Shown here piece after piece: positions 27,686-37,605 of a DNA stretch of 64,000 bases. Made by a program: the position numbers and the translations under genes. Origin of the DNA: a virus (Duplodnaviria > Caudoviricetes). The stretch covers positions 144,086 through 208,085 of the IMG/VR virus record IMGVR_UViG_3300032123_000052, one strand, 5' to 3'. Position 1 is the stretch's first letter; every line of letters starts with the position of its first letter. Below the pieces are notes generated by a model that saw nothing but the letters and a program-made list of their open reading frames with translations, did not search any database and was not told the DNA's origin.

Positions 27686-28513
27686 ATGAACGATAAAAAC
27701 GACAATCAGCAGAGGCAGCCGCGCCAGGGTGTATTTGATCAGAAAAATAGCAATCTGAAAGCACCAATAGAGCCTGTGCCAAAGCCTGCAGTAAGACAAG
27801 AACAAAACAATGCGCCTTCATCAGAGCCGAAAGAAGATTTTAAAGATCCTTTTGAGCAGCAGGGCACTGATATAAAAGAACGTGCCCGTAAAGCAAAAGA
27901 GAACACAGATACTTATGCGGACGAGACTGCCTCTAAGATTAATAAATCATTGAGTGATGGCGACATCAGCCTTGAAGAACTTCCTATTACTGAGGATGAT
28001 ATAAAGCTCGCTGAGAAACTTATATTCGACGGGTACGCTGAAACAGAAGTATTCATGGATAGTTTTCCTAATAATAAGTTTACTATCTGCTCTACCAATG
28101 CTGAAGAGATCGGTATGATTGATGAAATTATATACGATGTAATGAAAAAACATGAGACCAACGATGGTATGATTGATATACCTCAGAACAAAGTACAGGC
28201 TTTGAGAAATGCAATATTTGCATGTCTTGGATATCGCGGCCGTGATGGCGAAGATTTGTGCGGCGTCGATAGATCCCGAAACCTTGTAGTTATTAAAAAA
28301 GCGATTGTAAGACGCGGCGATCTTGAGCAAACTGGAAAGTCTGAAGAAGTTGAGACATTAAACAAAAGCCTTAAAGAAGCTATTGTTATCAGGGCGCGGC
28401 GTATACAACAGCTCCCAACGCCGATGATTGATTTTATCACGGCGGAAAAATACAAGTTCGATAAAAAGATGTACAAAATTATGACCATGAAGGGGGTAGT
28501 CCCAAAATCTTAG
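27686..28513 (+). CDS. putative tail assembly chaperone (short form)
   Basis: 275 aa; ends on slippery heptamer CCCAAAA; AAGGAG RBS. Confidence 0.55.
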   Translation: MNDKNDNQQRQPRQGVFDQKNSNLKAPIEPVPKPAVRQEQNNAPSSEPKEDFKDPFEQQGTDIKERARKAKENTDTYADETASKINKSLSDGDISLEELPITEDDIKLAEKLIFDGYAETEVFMDSFPNNKFTICSTNAEEIGMIDEIIYDVMKKHETNDGMIDIPQNKVQALRNAIFACLGYRGRDGEDLCGVDRSRNLVVIKKAIVRRGDLEQTGKSEEVETLNKSLKEAIVIRARRIQQLPTPMIDFITAEKYKFDKKMYKIMTMKGVVPKS

Positions 28514-28839
28514 GGACCCCTACGGGTGCTGCGAGGGCTTACTTCCTGTTTAGCGGTAGAAAGTTCAAATATGACTCCTTAGAGGAGTCAATAGCCATAT
28601 CGGTATTTGAGCGCGAAAGAGCAAGGAAATTTATAACACCACTTATATCCGTAGCCGGTCCCGATGAAGTACAGAGCCTGCAGAGAAAGCTACGGAGTTT
28701 ATTGTTCCCAGAAGACAAGTATGACGATTTTGCCCATGTTCGTAAGGCGAAGAAAGTTTTTGAAAAGCTTAAGGATATTAATTTACACATCAAACCTTTT
28801 CGTGATAGCCAGGCCGGATGGAAGAGGGTCCAAAGATAA
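28501..28839 (+). CDS. -1 frameshift extension of the tail chaperone-like gene
   Basis: -1 frame open for 112 codons from CCC at 28501 to TAA at 28837-28839 with no in-frame ATG. Confidence 0.6.
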   Translation, partial: PKILGTPTGAARAYFLFSGRKFKYDSLEESIAISVFERERARKFITPLISVAGPDEVQSLQRKLRSLLFPEDKYDDFAHVRKAKKVFEKLKDINLHIKPFRDSQAGWKRVQR

Positions 28840-28845
28840 GGAGTT

Positions 28846-29166
28846 ATGGATTATACCACAAAGCATGATAAGAAGTTTATCGGCCCTACAAAAGAATCGG
28901 ATATAGAAGAACAAATAGGGAAAACCCTTGCTGATGAGGGTGGTGGAGAATACGGCTTCGTATGTATCTGGAGAATAGGCGATAACAGCAACAGTTCGAG
29001 AGAATGTACTGTGAAGGAATTTCTATCGAGGCCTGATAACCAGAACGGTACATGGTTAATCGATGGTGGTTGGGGTGGTCCTCCTGGCCCGATCCATGTA
29101 AGATGGAATGGAGAGTTAAACAAATGGGAGAATGGTGGATTTTGCGGAAACGGATTTGATAAATAA
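28846..29166 (+). CDS. hypothetical protein
   Basis: GGAG RBS; ORF track. Confidence 0.6.
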   Translation: MDYTTKHDKKFIGPTKESDIEEQIGKTLADEGGGEYGFVCIWRIGDNSNSSRECTVKEFLSRPDNQNGTWLIDGGWGGPPGPIHVRWNGELNKWENGGFCGNGFDK

Positions 29167-29245
29167 TGTTAGATTGAGATCTTATCAGGAATAACAATAT
29201 TGAGACATCTAATCATTATTAAATTAAAACGAACAGGGGTAATAA

Positions 29246-30037
29246 ATGAATCCATATACTGTAGTAACAGTCATGCTCGGAATGAATCGGTTTCATCAGA
29301 AGGACGCTGACTTCCCTTTTGATATGACTGCACTAGATGGTTACAACACCATTTGGATGCCTGAAGTCGATGAGGAGGAGCGGGTTTGCTCGACTCTTTT
29401 TTACGAAGCACTACAGGCAGTTGAAATAGTTCGCAATAGCACGAAAGATGATGTCGTCTTCATATTCGGCAGGGGAACGATTGGCCGGTCTCAAGAGGAG
29501 AGGTTGTTTGAAGCCTGGCGCAGTTGTATGCAGCATTATGGAAACGATGTCCGCCACGTTATTGTAGCAAAGAGTTTTGGTGTTGGTGACACAATGACGG
29601 CACTTAAAATGTTTAAGAGATATCATAAAAAACCAAAGGTTGAAGGTCTCTTTTTAATTGATGGATTCATACCGCCATCACGAAGGAGAAAAATTGCGAA
29701 GAAAAAAAACGGTTACTGGAGGATCAAGATTCCTAAGTTCGTTAATTGTTACTTTAACGTCATACAGCGGGCAAAAGGCACTAAAGGGATTAGCGTTCTT
29801 AATCCTGCTCATAATTTTGTGGTTACTCAGAAACACATAGAAAAATATGGAAAATATTATTCCGAGTATAAAGGTGATTATAAGCGGCTGCTTACCGTTT
29901 CCCATTTCAACATGGAGGAAATAGTCAGCGCGGTGCCGTGTATAAAGATAGAAAATGATTGGTTAACGTTGCGATTTGCAATTCAGAGAATAATCGATAG
30001 ATGTGGTGGTTATTATAAAGACAGGGGTAAAAAATAG
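29246..30037 (+). CDS. alpha/beta-hydrolase-like protein
   Basis: VIVAKSFGVG elbow-like motif, LFLIDG, C-terminal SH. Confidence 0.5.
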   Translation: MNPYTVVTVMLGMNRFHQKDADFPFDMTALDGYNTIWMPEVDEEERVCSTLFYEALQAVEIVRNSTKDDVVFIFGRGTIGRSQEERLFEAWRSCMQHYGNDVRHVIVAKSFGVGDTMTALKMFKRYHKKPKVEGLFLIDGFIPPSRRRKIAKKKNGYWRIKIPKFVNCYFNVIQRAKGTKGISVLNPAHNFVVTQKHIEKYGKYYSEYKGDYKRLLTVSHFNMEEIVSAVPCIKIENDWLTLRFAIQRIIDRCGGYYKDRGKK

Positions 30038-30039
30038 TA

Positions 30040-30177
30040 ATGCGCGAAGATAAGAATTGTACGACGTGTGACGCTGAGGATGCTCCGAATGATGAATATC
30101 CGTGTAATGGATGTGATCCGAGATGGCTTGATAAATGGAGAGAAAAACAAGAAGAAGGAACTGATCTGTGGGATTAG
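30040..30177 (+). CDS. small CxxC protein (45 aa, not in track)
   Basis: MREDKNCTTC...PCNGC. Confidence 0.45.
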   Translation: MREDKNCTTCDAEDAPNDEYPCNGCDPRWLDKWREKQEEGTDLWD

Positions 30178-30195
30178 AAAGGAGGATAGTGGAAA

Positions 30196-30393
30196 ATGCA
30201 GCAAGCAAAGGTATTTATAACTCTTTATTCGAATACGAGAACTGAGCAGGTAAAAATGTTCTTAGGGATCGTGGCGAAAATTGTTCCTCTTTTATTAACC
30301 ACAAAACCAAAACATACCGGTAGAGAAGGTGGTGGTATGAGGGGGCAACATCTACACAAAGAGGAAGCGTACTGGACTGTGGAGAGGGAGTAA
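30196..30393 (+). CDS. hypothetical protein
   Basis: GGAGG upstream; ORF track. Confidence 0.4.
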   Translation: MQQAKVFITLYSNTRTEQVKMFLGIVAKIVPLLLTTKPKHTGREGGGMRGQHLHKEEAYWTVERE

Positions 30394-30396
30394 TCA

Positions 30397-30573
30397 ATGA
30401 TTTCTGTTGAGAAGATTGATAATAAAGATATCAAGTATTGCGCCAATTGTGATAAATTGGCTAAATTTAAAATCCATATTAATAACCTTGAGATGGTACT
30501 ATCAAGGCAAGGTATATGTCTATGTGCTAAATGCATAGCAACACTAACACGATGTTTAAAACTTAAGGAGTAA
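30397..30573 (+). CDS. small zinc-binding protein (58 aa, not in track)
   Basis: CANC...ICLCAKC; GGAG RBS. Confidence 0.55.
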   Translation: MISVEKIDNKDIKYCANCDKLAKFKIHINNLEMVLSRQGICLCAKCIATLTRCLKLKE

Positions 30574-30579
30574 GCTTTT

Positions 30580-31083
30580 ATGGATGATTTCAATAATAAT
30601 AGACCACCTGATGATGACAACAATTTGCCAGATGGAGTATATCCTGATCAGCCGCCAGATATTCCTGGTGAAAATGCACACTTAGAAGGAATGCCAGACT
30701 TTATTAAGAGTGCCATTGATGGTTTAATGAGCAAGATTGGCGCTACTGGTGGAATTGCAATACCGATAGGGTCAATACCAAAGGACATTCGTGACAAAAT
30801 ATGCTCGATGTGCCCACAAATGGTTGAAGATGAAGTTGCAGACCTTGATCCAAATGAGATGGATGAATGGAACTCTATCAACGCTGAAACAGACCGCCTG
30901 CTTACTGAGGCTGACAAGATTCATAAAGCCCTTGATAGAGTTGATTTGCGTAAATCTATTTTGAGTGCCAGCCTTGAATTAAAGCATGAGGTTATTGGCA
31001 AGCGGTTGAAGATCGAGAACGGCAAGCTGATAAGAAAATATTGTGATATACCCAAAGGAGACAAGTGTAATTTCAATGGATGA
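30580..31083 (+). CDS. hypothetical protein
   Basis: AAGGAG RBS; ORF track. Confidence 0.65.
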   Translation: MDDFNNNRPPDDDNNLPDGVYPDQPPDIPGENAHLEGMPDFIKSAIDGLMSKIGATGGIAIPIGSIPKDIRDKICSMCPQMVEDEVADLDPNEMDEWNSINAETDRLLTEADKIHKALDRVDLRKSILSASLELKHEVIGKRLKIENGKLIRKYCDIPKGDKCNFNG

Positions 31084-31525
31084 TTATAATTCGAGATTAA
31101 GCCCATTGGAAGCCCTGATGAAGGTTTGGCGAAAACGCCGGGAAAAACTGCGGAAAGAAGCTGTGGTCCTTGATAAGGATGATACGCAGGATAATCAACG
31201 CAACTGTAACATTGCCTATGGAAGATTTCAAGAAGCTTCCAAGTGCTCATCAGATCTGAGAAGAGTACTGAATAAAATGTTAAAAGATAGCATAGTACAT
31301 AAAAGTATGGCACAGCACAGCAATGATCCGAAGCACAAGCACCATAATCGGTGCTTATTGTATTGTTGGTCATATAAACCCCATCACCATAATGGGGTTG
31401 AGATAGTCTTGTCATACTGTCTGAAGTTGAAGAGATGCATTTATCCCGAGCTGTTTGATCAGGAGCATCCGGCAGATTGTCCTGTCAATTCTATAAGGGA
31501 ATTGGCTGGATTGGAGAAAATATAA
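31043..31525 (+). CDS. hypothetical protein
   Basis: ORF track; start probably MDDYNS. Confidence 0.55.
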   Translation: MIYPKETSVISMDDYNSRLSPLEALMKVWRKRREKLRKEAVVLDKDDTQDNQRNCNIAYGRFQEASKCSSDLRRVLNKMLKDSIVHKSMAQHSNDPKHKHHNRCLLYCWSYKPHHHNGVEIVLSYCLKLKRCIYPELFDQEHPADCPVNSIRELAGLEKI

Positions 31526-31546
31526 TGATAAAGATAAAGGATTAAC

Positions 31547-31804
31547 ATGCCTGATAATGCAATTCGATGTGATAAGTGTGGGGTTGTGTTAGTAGACCCT
31601 CGTAGGAAGAAGATACGGAGTTGTTCCCACTATCCATTAACAATTGAGAAATTGAACGTGGGAGGTGAAGATGCTTCTCACATTGGTCTTGGAACAACCA
31701 AATCTCAAAAGTATAGGGATGTGGCAGTTGTTGATTTTGATTTTAACCATTGTTTTAATGTGGCTATGGAATGGGGCAAAAAATTAGGAGGTGTAAATGA
31801 TTAA
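31547..31804 (+). CDS. small protein with N-terminal CxxC
   Basis: CDKC. Confidence 0.5.
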   Translation: MPDNAIRCDKCGVVLVDPRRKKIRSCSHYPLTIEKLNVGGEDASHIGLGTTKSQKYRDVAVVDFDFNHCFNVAMEWGKKLGGVND

Positions 31805-32024
31805 AGTTAATAAAGAACGTTTTATAGAAAGTCAAAAAAAAATAAACTATGTTGTTTTTGAAGTTACCACAAAACAACTTTATGTAATACCAAAAGGTGC
31901 ACATCAATCAATAGAAGAGTTAAAAAAAGAATGGTTTGTAGAATATGAGAATAGAAGCCATGCATTTAAAGATGGCTGTCTTGTACAATTTTCTAATAAT
32001 GTAATAGAGGTTAAAGAATTATAA
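31797..32024 (+). CDS. hypothetical protein
   Basis: GGAGG RBS; ATGA overlap. Confidence 0.55.
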   Translation: MIKVNKERFIESQKKINYVVFEVTTKQLYVIPKGAHQSIEELKKEWFVEYENRSHAFKDGCLVQFSNNVIEVKEL

Positions 32025-32077
32025 AAGTAATGATAGGTGTTATTGAAACAATTAACCGAGAATGGAGTTATTGATAA

Positions 32078-33232
32078 ATGTTAAAAAGTATTTGGCTTTG
32101 GGGAACAGGATCTCTGATTTCTATATTTGTATTAATAAGATCATTGATCTTTTTTACTATACGGATACGTGGTCAACGTGCGAGCATTTTGTTCGACATA
32201 GTGAAACAGGATGGAAAGTTCTTCAAAATAAAAGAGGAATTTTGCGATGACGCTGTTCCAAAAGAGTTCAGAGCCATAGGGTTTCTGAAAGGTATAATGT
32301 TTTATATAGACATTACAGAGCGCATGCTGCAAGCCGGATTTTCCGGTACCGATAGTATAATAAATATCACATTGTTAAGATGGAGAGTCAAGAAGTTAAA
32401 ACACATGATACTCACCAAGAAGATTATCAACACCGAGATTCCGGTGTATATTATGCAGTCGTGGGATTCTGAGAAGATTGGCGTAGTAAAGGCGCCAAAG
32501 TTTTTTTGCCCATCTGTATATGGATCAGCGTATAGCCAGATAGACCAGTACATTCAAAATGTTATTAATGGCCGTATGGATAAAACCGGTACTATTTTGT
32601 ATGGTCCTCCTGGAAATGGTAAGAGTCATCTTGTTAAGCATTTTTCATGTAAATATAATCTACCCATATATCTTTTGTCATTAATGAGGGATGTGGATAA
32701 TCACAGCCTTATTCGGATGTTCGCTCGAGCAAAGGGTCCTGGTATTGTATTGATTGAGGATTTTGACACAACATACAATGGTAGGAAATGCCTGATAGAA
32801 GAGGCGAAGTTTACATTCGACACATTGCTCAATGTAATTGATGGTGCTTATTCGAATAATGAAAAGTTGATATATTTCATGACAGCGAATTGTATCGATA
32901 AAGTTGATTTCGCATTGAAGCATAGACCTTCCCGTTTTCGAGTAGTTGCTGAGGTGAAAAATCCAAGTCAAGAAGATTGCGCAAAAATTCTTGAGAAGTA
33001 TAGGAAGTATGATAATAGTGCGTACAAAACTAGTATCATAAAAGGTGGATATACAATGGATATCGTTATGTTTGCCAAAGAGATGCTTGAATATGGCCAC
33101 ACATTCTCAGATGTATGCAATAAATTTATTCCTCAATTTCAGGAAAGCACGAACGGAATCAGAAAAGATTCCGCAGAACAATTGAAAAAGCAGAATGAGA
33201 AACCACCAGAAGGAGTACCATCCGCATCATGA
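32078..33232 (+). CDS. membrane-anchored AAA+ ATPase (BCS1-like)
   Basis: N-terminal hydrophobic helix; GPPGNGKS, VLIEDFD, LLNVIDG, MTAN..D.AL..RPSRF. Confidence 0.85.
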   Translation: MLKSIWLWGTGSLISIFVLIRSLIFFTIRIRGQRASILFDIVKQDGKFFKIKEEFCDDAVPKEFRAIGFLKGIMFYIDITERMLQAGFSGTDSIINITLLRWRVKKLKHMILTKKIINTEIPVYIMQSWDSEKIGVVKAPKFFCPSVYGSAYSQIDQYIQNVINGRMDKTGTILYGPPGNGKSHLVKHFSCKYNLPIYLLSLMRDVDNHSLIRMFARAKGPGIVLIEDFDTTYNGRKCLIEEAKFTFDTLLNVIDGAYSNNEKLIYFMTANCIDKVDFALKHRPSRFRVVAEVKNPSQEDCAKILEKYRKYDNSAYKTSIIKGGYTMDIVMFAKEMLEYGHTFSDVCNKFIPQFQESTNGIRKDSAEQLKKQNEKPPEGVPSAS

Positions 33233-33543
33233 AAGGAAAAATAAAACAATTAAGAAAAAAATATTTGAATAAATTCTTCGCTCATCAAAACTCTGCCGGA
33301 AGCATTCTAATATGCCATGTGGTAAAAATTAATTATTCCGGCAGCACCTATTACATCAAGGTGAAAGAGCTATACATGAACAATGAATTTAATCAAAAAA
33401 GAGTTAGCTCATCTGAAAGCACATATCATCTTGATTCGTTTGTTTCAAAATACAAAATATTACGAAAGAGAGTATGGGTCAATAGTATGGTTAGTCAAGC
33501 TATTGAAGACGTAAAGTATTTCTTAAATACAGAAACGGATTAA
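33229..33543 (+). CDS. hypothetical protein
   Basis: ATGA overlap with ATPase stop. Confidence 0.55.
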   Translation: MKGKIKQLRKKYLNKFFAHQNSAGSILICHVVKINYSGSTYYIKVKELYMNNEFNQKRVSSSESTYHLDSFVSKYKILRKRVWVNSMVSQAIEDVKYFLNTETD

Positions 33544-33675
33544 GGGGTAATCGATGTTTGAGTTTGCTCTTCTTACAATATTGGTTTGTATTATCTGGGC
33601 TATTAGCAAGATTGCGAAGGTGTTAGAGGAAATTAGAGACGCCATTAATAATCACAAAGGAGGCACGGTACTGTA

Positions 33676-33987
33676 ATGGGTTTAGGCCGCGGTGTATCTG
33701 AGAATAAAAGAATGTGGTATGAGCATTATAAAAAGCTAAATGCAGGATTATTTACTTTTGAAAACTGTGGTAAAAACAGTGGTGAAATACCACCATATAC
33801 AGATATAACAGATGATGATTTATATATAGTTTCAATCGAAGGTAAATATGGAATGGATAAAGAATGGAAAGTTATAGGATATTCAGAATCAATTCCTTTT
33901 CCGGCACAAAGCTATGAAGCAATAGGGATAATGTTTGAAAACCAAAATGATTTTACAAAAAGATGGTGGCATTATCCAAAACAATAA
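33676..33987 (+). CDS. hypothetical protein
   Basis: ORF track; GGAGG RBS. Confidence 0.55.
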   Translation: MGLGRGVSENKRMWYEHYKKLNAGLFTFENCGKNSGEIPPYTDITDDDLYIVSIEGKYGMDKEWKVIGYSESIPFPAQSYEAIGIMFENQNDFTKRWWHYPKQ

Positions 33988-34471
33988 CAAATGGAGGTTT
34001 TTATGTCAACAGATGAAGCAACCAGGATGGTTGAAACGTTGTTGAGTCTCAAGAGAGAAGATGTTATAACTGCAGAAGAGGTTAAATCGGCTTTAAAGAA
34101 GATTGAATATTATAAAGATGTTTTAGCCGAATAGCCACCTTTGGCAAGCTCCCTGCACATCTCCAAACAGCTGCATGTTGCTATTGCGGGGTGTGCTGAT
34201 GAGTTTGTCAACACTAACAGCAGTGAGGTTAGAATATGTTGTTCGCAAGAGTTATTAAACATAACAGAATCAAAAACGGTATGGAGGCAATCCATGCCCC
34301 TGCTTCAACTGCAAAGAACCACCCGGGCACTGTGTGTGGTGTCTGGGCGGAACCTGGCAGCCATGTAGAGTGGTACAAAACACTTCTTCCATATAGTAAA
34401 TTTGCAATTACCGGATATAAGATACACTCACCTATTAAATAGAAGTTTTCCACGGTTTTATAATTATTTTA

Positions 34472-34906
34472 TTGATTATGAACATATATAGTGCTAAAAT
34501 TATAGCAAACGATAAGATAGTGCCTTTTCAAGTATTCCAAGCGCATTGCGATGAGAGAAGATTTATATATGCAGGAAAACCGGGCAATTTCAATGTTCTG
34601 TGCAAATTGGAAAATTATAAATGTAATAAAAAAAATTGTCCTATATGGAACTCCAACAGGGTGTCTGATATACCAGAGAATATGATATCTCTTCGTGATG
34701 TTAACTTGGCTTTACGGTATCAGGAAAACGGGATGAATGATTCAAGAATGAAACGATTTATGGCGGATCAAAGGAAAAAGATAAAAGAATATAAACACAA
34801 AAAAGAAAAAGAGGCTGGAAAGGATTTGGGTGACCAGCCTATATATGAATGGATCGAATCGCAAAGCGAAGAGTTCAGGCAGAAATGGGAAGGCCGTAAT
34901 AGATAA
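34472..34906 (+). CDS. protein with C-terminal DUF4032-like motif
   Basis: KEYKHKKEKEAGKDLGDQPIYEWIESQSEEFR. Confidence 0.55.
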   Translation: MIMNIYSAKIIANDKIVPFQVFQAHCDERRFIYAGKPGNFNVLCKLENYKCNKKNCPIWNSNRVSDIPENMISLRDVNLALRYQENGMNDSRMKRFMADQRKKIKEYKHKKEKEAGKDLGDQPIYEWIESQSEEFRQKWEGRNR

Positions 34907-34937
34907 AAAAAGAGGGTTGAACCTGCCTCTTTTTTTT
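34905..34937. terminator. bidirectional intrinsic terminator
   Basis: AAAAAAAGAGG-loop-CCTCTTTTTTTT between convergent gene blocks. Confidence 0.75.
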
Positions 34938-34942
34938 AGCTA

Positions 34943-36445
34943 TTAGCCATCACTTACGACAGCGGGGAGATCGCCAACCGAATGGAATTCCCACCATACT
35001 GATGGGTTCATACCGCTGTTCTTATTTTTCTTTGTGACAATGGGCTTTTCCATGTATAAGATTTGATTTGGGCATTTGGCACTTCGAAAGCCCTTCCCGT
35101 CTTCTGAGTTCCTGAGTTTATAGACACTTATCTGGACATCATCGTTACATAAGCCAAATTCATAGTTTTTTTTGGGCAAGGAAACCCCATCCACTTGTGG
35201 GTGGGGAGGAATTGCCCCCTCCTTGTATAATTTAGATGCTATTAACATTGTATTGCTTGATTCTAATAATTTGAGCTTTCTCCAAACTGCACTTGCATGT
35301 ATCTTGTTGCCGTCTAATTCCCGAATATCAAAATATCCGGTTTTGCGTCTGCCAAAAATAAAACACTCAATATTGTTGTATAAAACCTTATCAAACCTCT
35401 GAAATCCGTGTATAAATCTTTCAGCAGTATTTCTTATATGGCTTCTAATCCCTTTAAATAGTTTTCTATTATTTTTCCGCACTTGTTTTTGTAAATATTG
35501 AGTTTCTTCTCTCTCTTGACCTTCTCCACCTGCTATAACAAATGCATCGTTAATATGACTTTTGGGTATATTGTTTTTAATCCGGTTATTCTTTGTAATA
35601 TATCCATATGTATGATTGACCTGATTCCTAAGTTCTCTTAGTTTGTCTACAATCTTCCACCTGACCATAGACATAAATGTTTCAGCTTTAAATCCATTAG
35701 GCTGTTTTGCTTTAAGTTTGATTTCACCCTTATGATGTTGCTGGTGGCAAGTTTTACACAGAGTAATTAGGTTAGCAGATCTATCACCACCTATCTGTCT
35801 TGACTTAATATGATGTACGTTTAGAATTGGGTCTTTAGATTTACCATTACATGACTGACAAGTATGGTTATCTCTATACAAAACATATTCTCTTGTATTC
35901 CAGAAGCCTAACTTTTCTCCTTGTTGATATTCTGCTCCGGCTATCTCAGGATTCTTAATTCTTTGAATATCAAAAGCAGCTACTTCTACATTAATTTTTG
36001 TGATAGGTAATATTTCCTTAACTCTATCGATTATCTTAATGTGTGAATCAAACTTGTGTTGTATAGAAGGTGCTAACCAACCCTTCTTTTTACTTTTCAC
36101 TCTGTTTAAAAAACGGGGTTGCCTGTACCAGGTTTTTCTACTCCTTCTTGTCCTCCTGCACATTCTTCTTTCTGATATGAGTTTCACAATATCAGTTCTA
36201 AGCTTTACTTCGGATGCAAACAATTCTTTCTTGTCAGTAACAGCAGATAATCCTACATTAGCATATCCACTATCTACACCAAGTATAATAGGCTGTTTAT
36301 AACCACTTGAACCATGGAGCAATTGAATTGTAAACGGTGTTTTCTTCACCACTTTAGCTTTTCCTTCTTTAAGCAATGTTCTTACTTTTCTTGGTCTGCA
36401 TGGCATCAATGGTTTACCATGCTTGTTAATAACAAAAACTAACAA
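34943..36445 (-). CDS. iscB: RNA-guided endonuclease IscB (reads through right end into host-gene C-terminus)
   Basis: PLMP N-terminus, GVDSG (RuvC-I), RRxRR bridge helix, HNH (CQSC..VHHI..N LITLCKTCH..HH), SHINDA (RuvC-III). Confidence 0.95.
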   Translation of the reverse strand: MLVFVINKHGKPLMPCRPRKVRTLLKEGKAKVVKKTPFTIQLLHGSSGYKQPIILGVDSGYANVGLSAVTDKKELFASEVKLRTDIVKLISERRMCRRTRRSRKTWYRQPRFLNRVKSKKKGWLAPSIQHKFDSHIKIIDRVKEILPITKINVEVAAFDIQRIKNPEIAGAEYQQGEKLGFWNTREYVLYRDNHTCQSCNGKSKDPILNVHHIKSRQIGGDRSANLITLCKTCHQQHHKGEIKLKAKQPNGFKAETFMSMVRWKIVDKLRELRNQVNHTYGYITKNNRIKNNIPKSHINDAFVIAGGEGQEREETQYLQKQVRKNNRKLFKGIRSHIRNTAERFIHGFQRFDKVLYNNIECFIFGRRKTGYFDIRELDGNKIHASAVWRKLKLLESSNTMLIASKLYKEGAIPPHPQVDGVSLPKKNYEFGLCNDDVQISVYKLRNSEDGKGFRSAKCPNQILYMEKPIVTKKNKNSGMNPSVWWEFHSVGDLPAVVSDG

Positions 36446-36673
36446 TTAGTTTTTCTCCTTAACAAAGAGTTAGAGCCACATCGGGATTGTTGTAAAGACT
36501 TGTCATGTTGGCCACACCGTTCCTTACCCTCAGAACTTTTAATAACCAACGATAGAGCATGGAGCTTGTGGAGTACTTCAAGGTATCTTGATCTAAACAA
36601 CTTCTGCATAATAATTACGCTCCCTTGTCAACTAAGGCTTCAAGCCTCGCCCCTTGTGGGCGGGGTCGTTGAC
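35164..36673 (-). mobile_element. IscB (IS200/IS605-superfamily) non-autonomous element
   Basis: Left end GTCAAC, omegaRNA, iscB, right-end hairpin GGCAATTCCTCCCC...GGGGTTTCCTTGCC; ATGA immediately 3' of right end; no tnpA. Confidence 0.85.
36446..36673 (-). ncRNA. omegaRNA (HEARO-type) of IscB
   Basis: Starts GTCAACGACCCCGCC, GTCAAC/GTTGAC closing stem, multiple hairpins, directly upstream of iscB. Confidence 0.85.
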
Positions 36674-37160
36674 GCTGCTGTATTTCAATACTCACTGAAT
36701 ATTGCTGATCGTTCGCAGTCTTTATGTCAAGAATGATAATGCTGTCATCCTTTTCCTCAAGAACTATATCTTTATGCACATTTCTCCTTGATAAATTTGT
36801 AAGAAAATATATCTTTATATACCTACCGGATAATCCTCATTCTCACCACTAGCAGCTGGCGACAACGCTATAGCAATAATGATTCCAATAATCGTTACAA
36901 CAAATGCCAAGATTGCTACTTTTTTAAACAATTGAACTCTCCTTTCTTCTGTATATGGTAAAAATTTTTTAATTCTTTAAAACAATCCCTTGTTGGTTGC
37001 AAAGTGTAGGAGGCTGCCCCAATATTATAAATAATGTTTTTACAGCATGTCTAACCCTAGCTATTGGGTACATTATCGGTGTTACTCCCCGTCAATCAAA
37101 CGGAAACATGAAAACCTATAATAGAAAAGCAGTCTCCTATTTCTTACAACAACCAGTTTA

Positions 37161-37373
37161 TCACCACCCAAGTGACTTTGAGATTTTAGGTGTCATTCCA
37201 CCATTTTCTTTGAACTTTTCCACAAAATAATTAAATAAATCTCCATTTCGCTTATCAAAATATGGATGACAAGATGGGGCAAACCGATATAATGATGCCA
37301 TTGAATATTGGGACATATTATCAATATCATTTTTTGCTGCGATAATTTGTTCTTTTGTCATATTTATCTCCAT
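37161..37373 (-). CDS. conserved small phage protein
   Basis: IDNMSQYSMASLYRFAPSCHPYFD motif. Confidence 0.6.
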   Translation of the reverse strand: MEINMTKEQIIAAKNDIDNMSQYSMASLYRFAPSCHPYFDKRNGDLFNYFVEKFKENGGMTPKISKSLGW

Positions 37374-37605
37374 TCAGCCGCAAGCGATTCGAAATGCTCA
37401 TACAAGCTTGTTTTATCTTCCTCAACAGCTTGCACCATATGCTCTTCACAAATAATGTTTTCCTCTTGTGGCGGCTATAACTGGAAATTCGCCTCGGCGT
37501 AAATTATGCCTCTTCAAGGTTTGTGTTCGGCGGGAGAACAGATACCCCCACAAACATACACTTAGTTTGATTTTTCATCAATATTAAATCCCTTTGGCGA
37601 ATGGC

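Larger units (their letters stand above)
34943..36779 (-). pseudogene. ~108-aa gene interrupted by the IscB element
   Basis: GTG at 36779 (AAGGAG RBS) MHKDIVLEE...EIQQ joins in frame (CAG C|AT GAA) to HEFGLCNDD...VSDG* once 35164-36673 is removed. Confidence 0.7.

Noticed and set aside
36446-36673. IStron (group I intron-IscB) that would splice out and rescue the interrupted gene
   Set aside because: Only 228 nt lie between the left end and iscB, all accounted for by omegaRNA; no room for an intron core.
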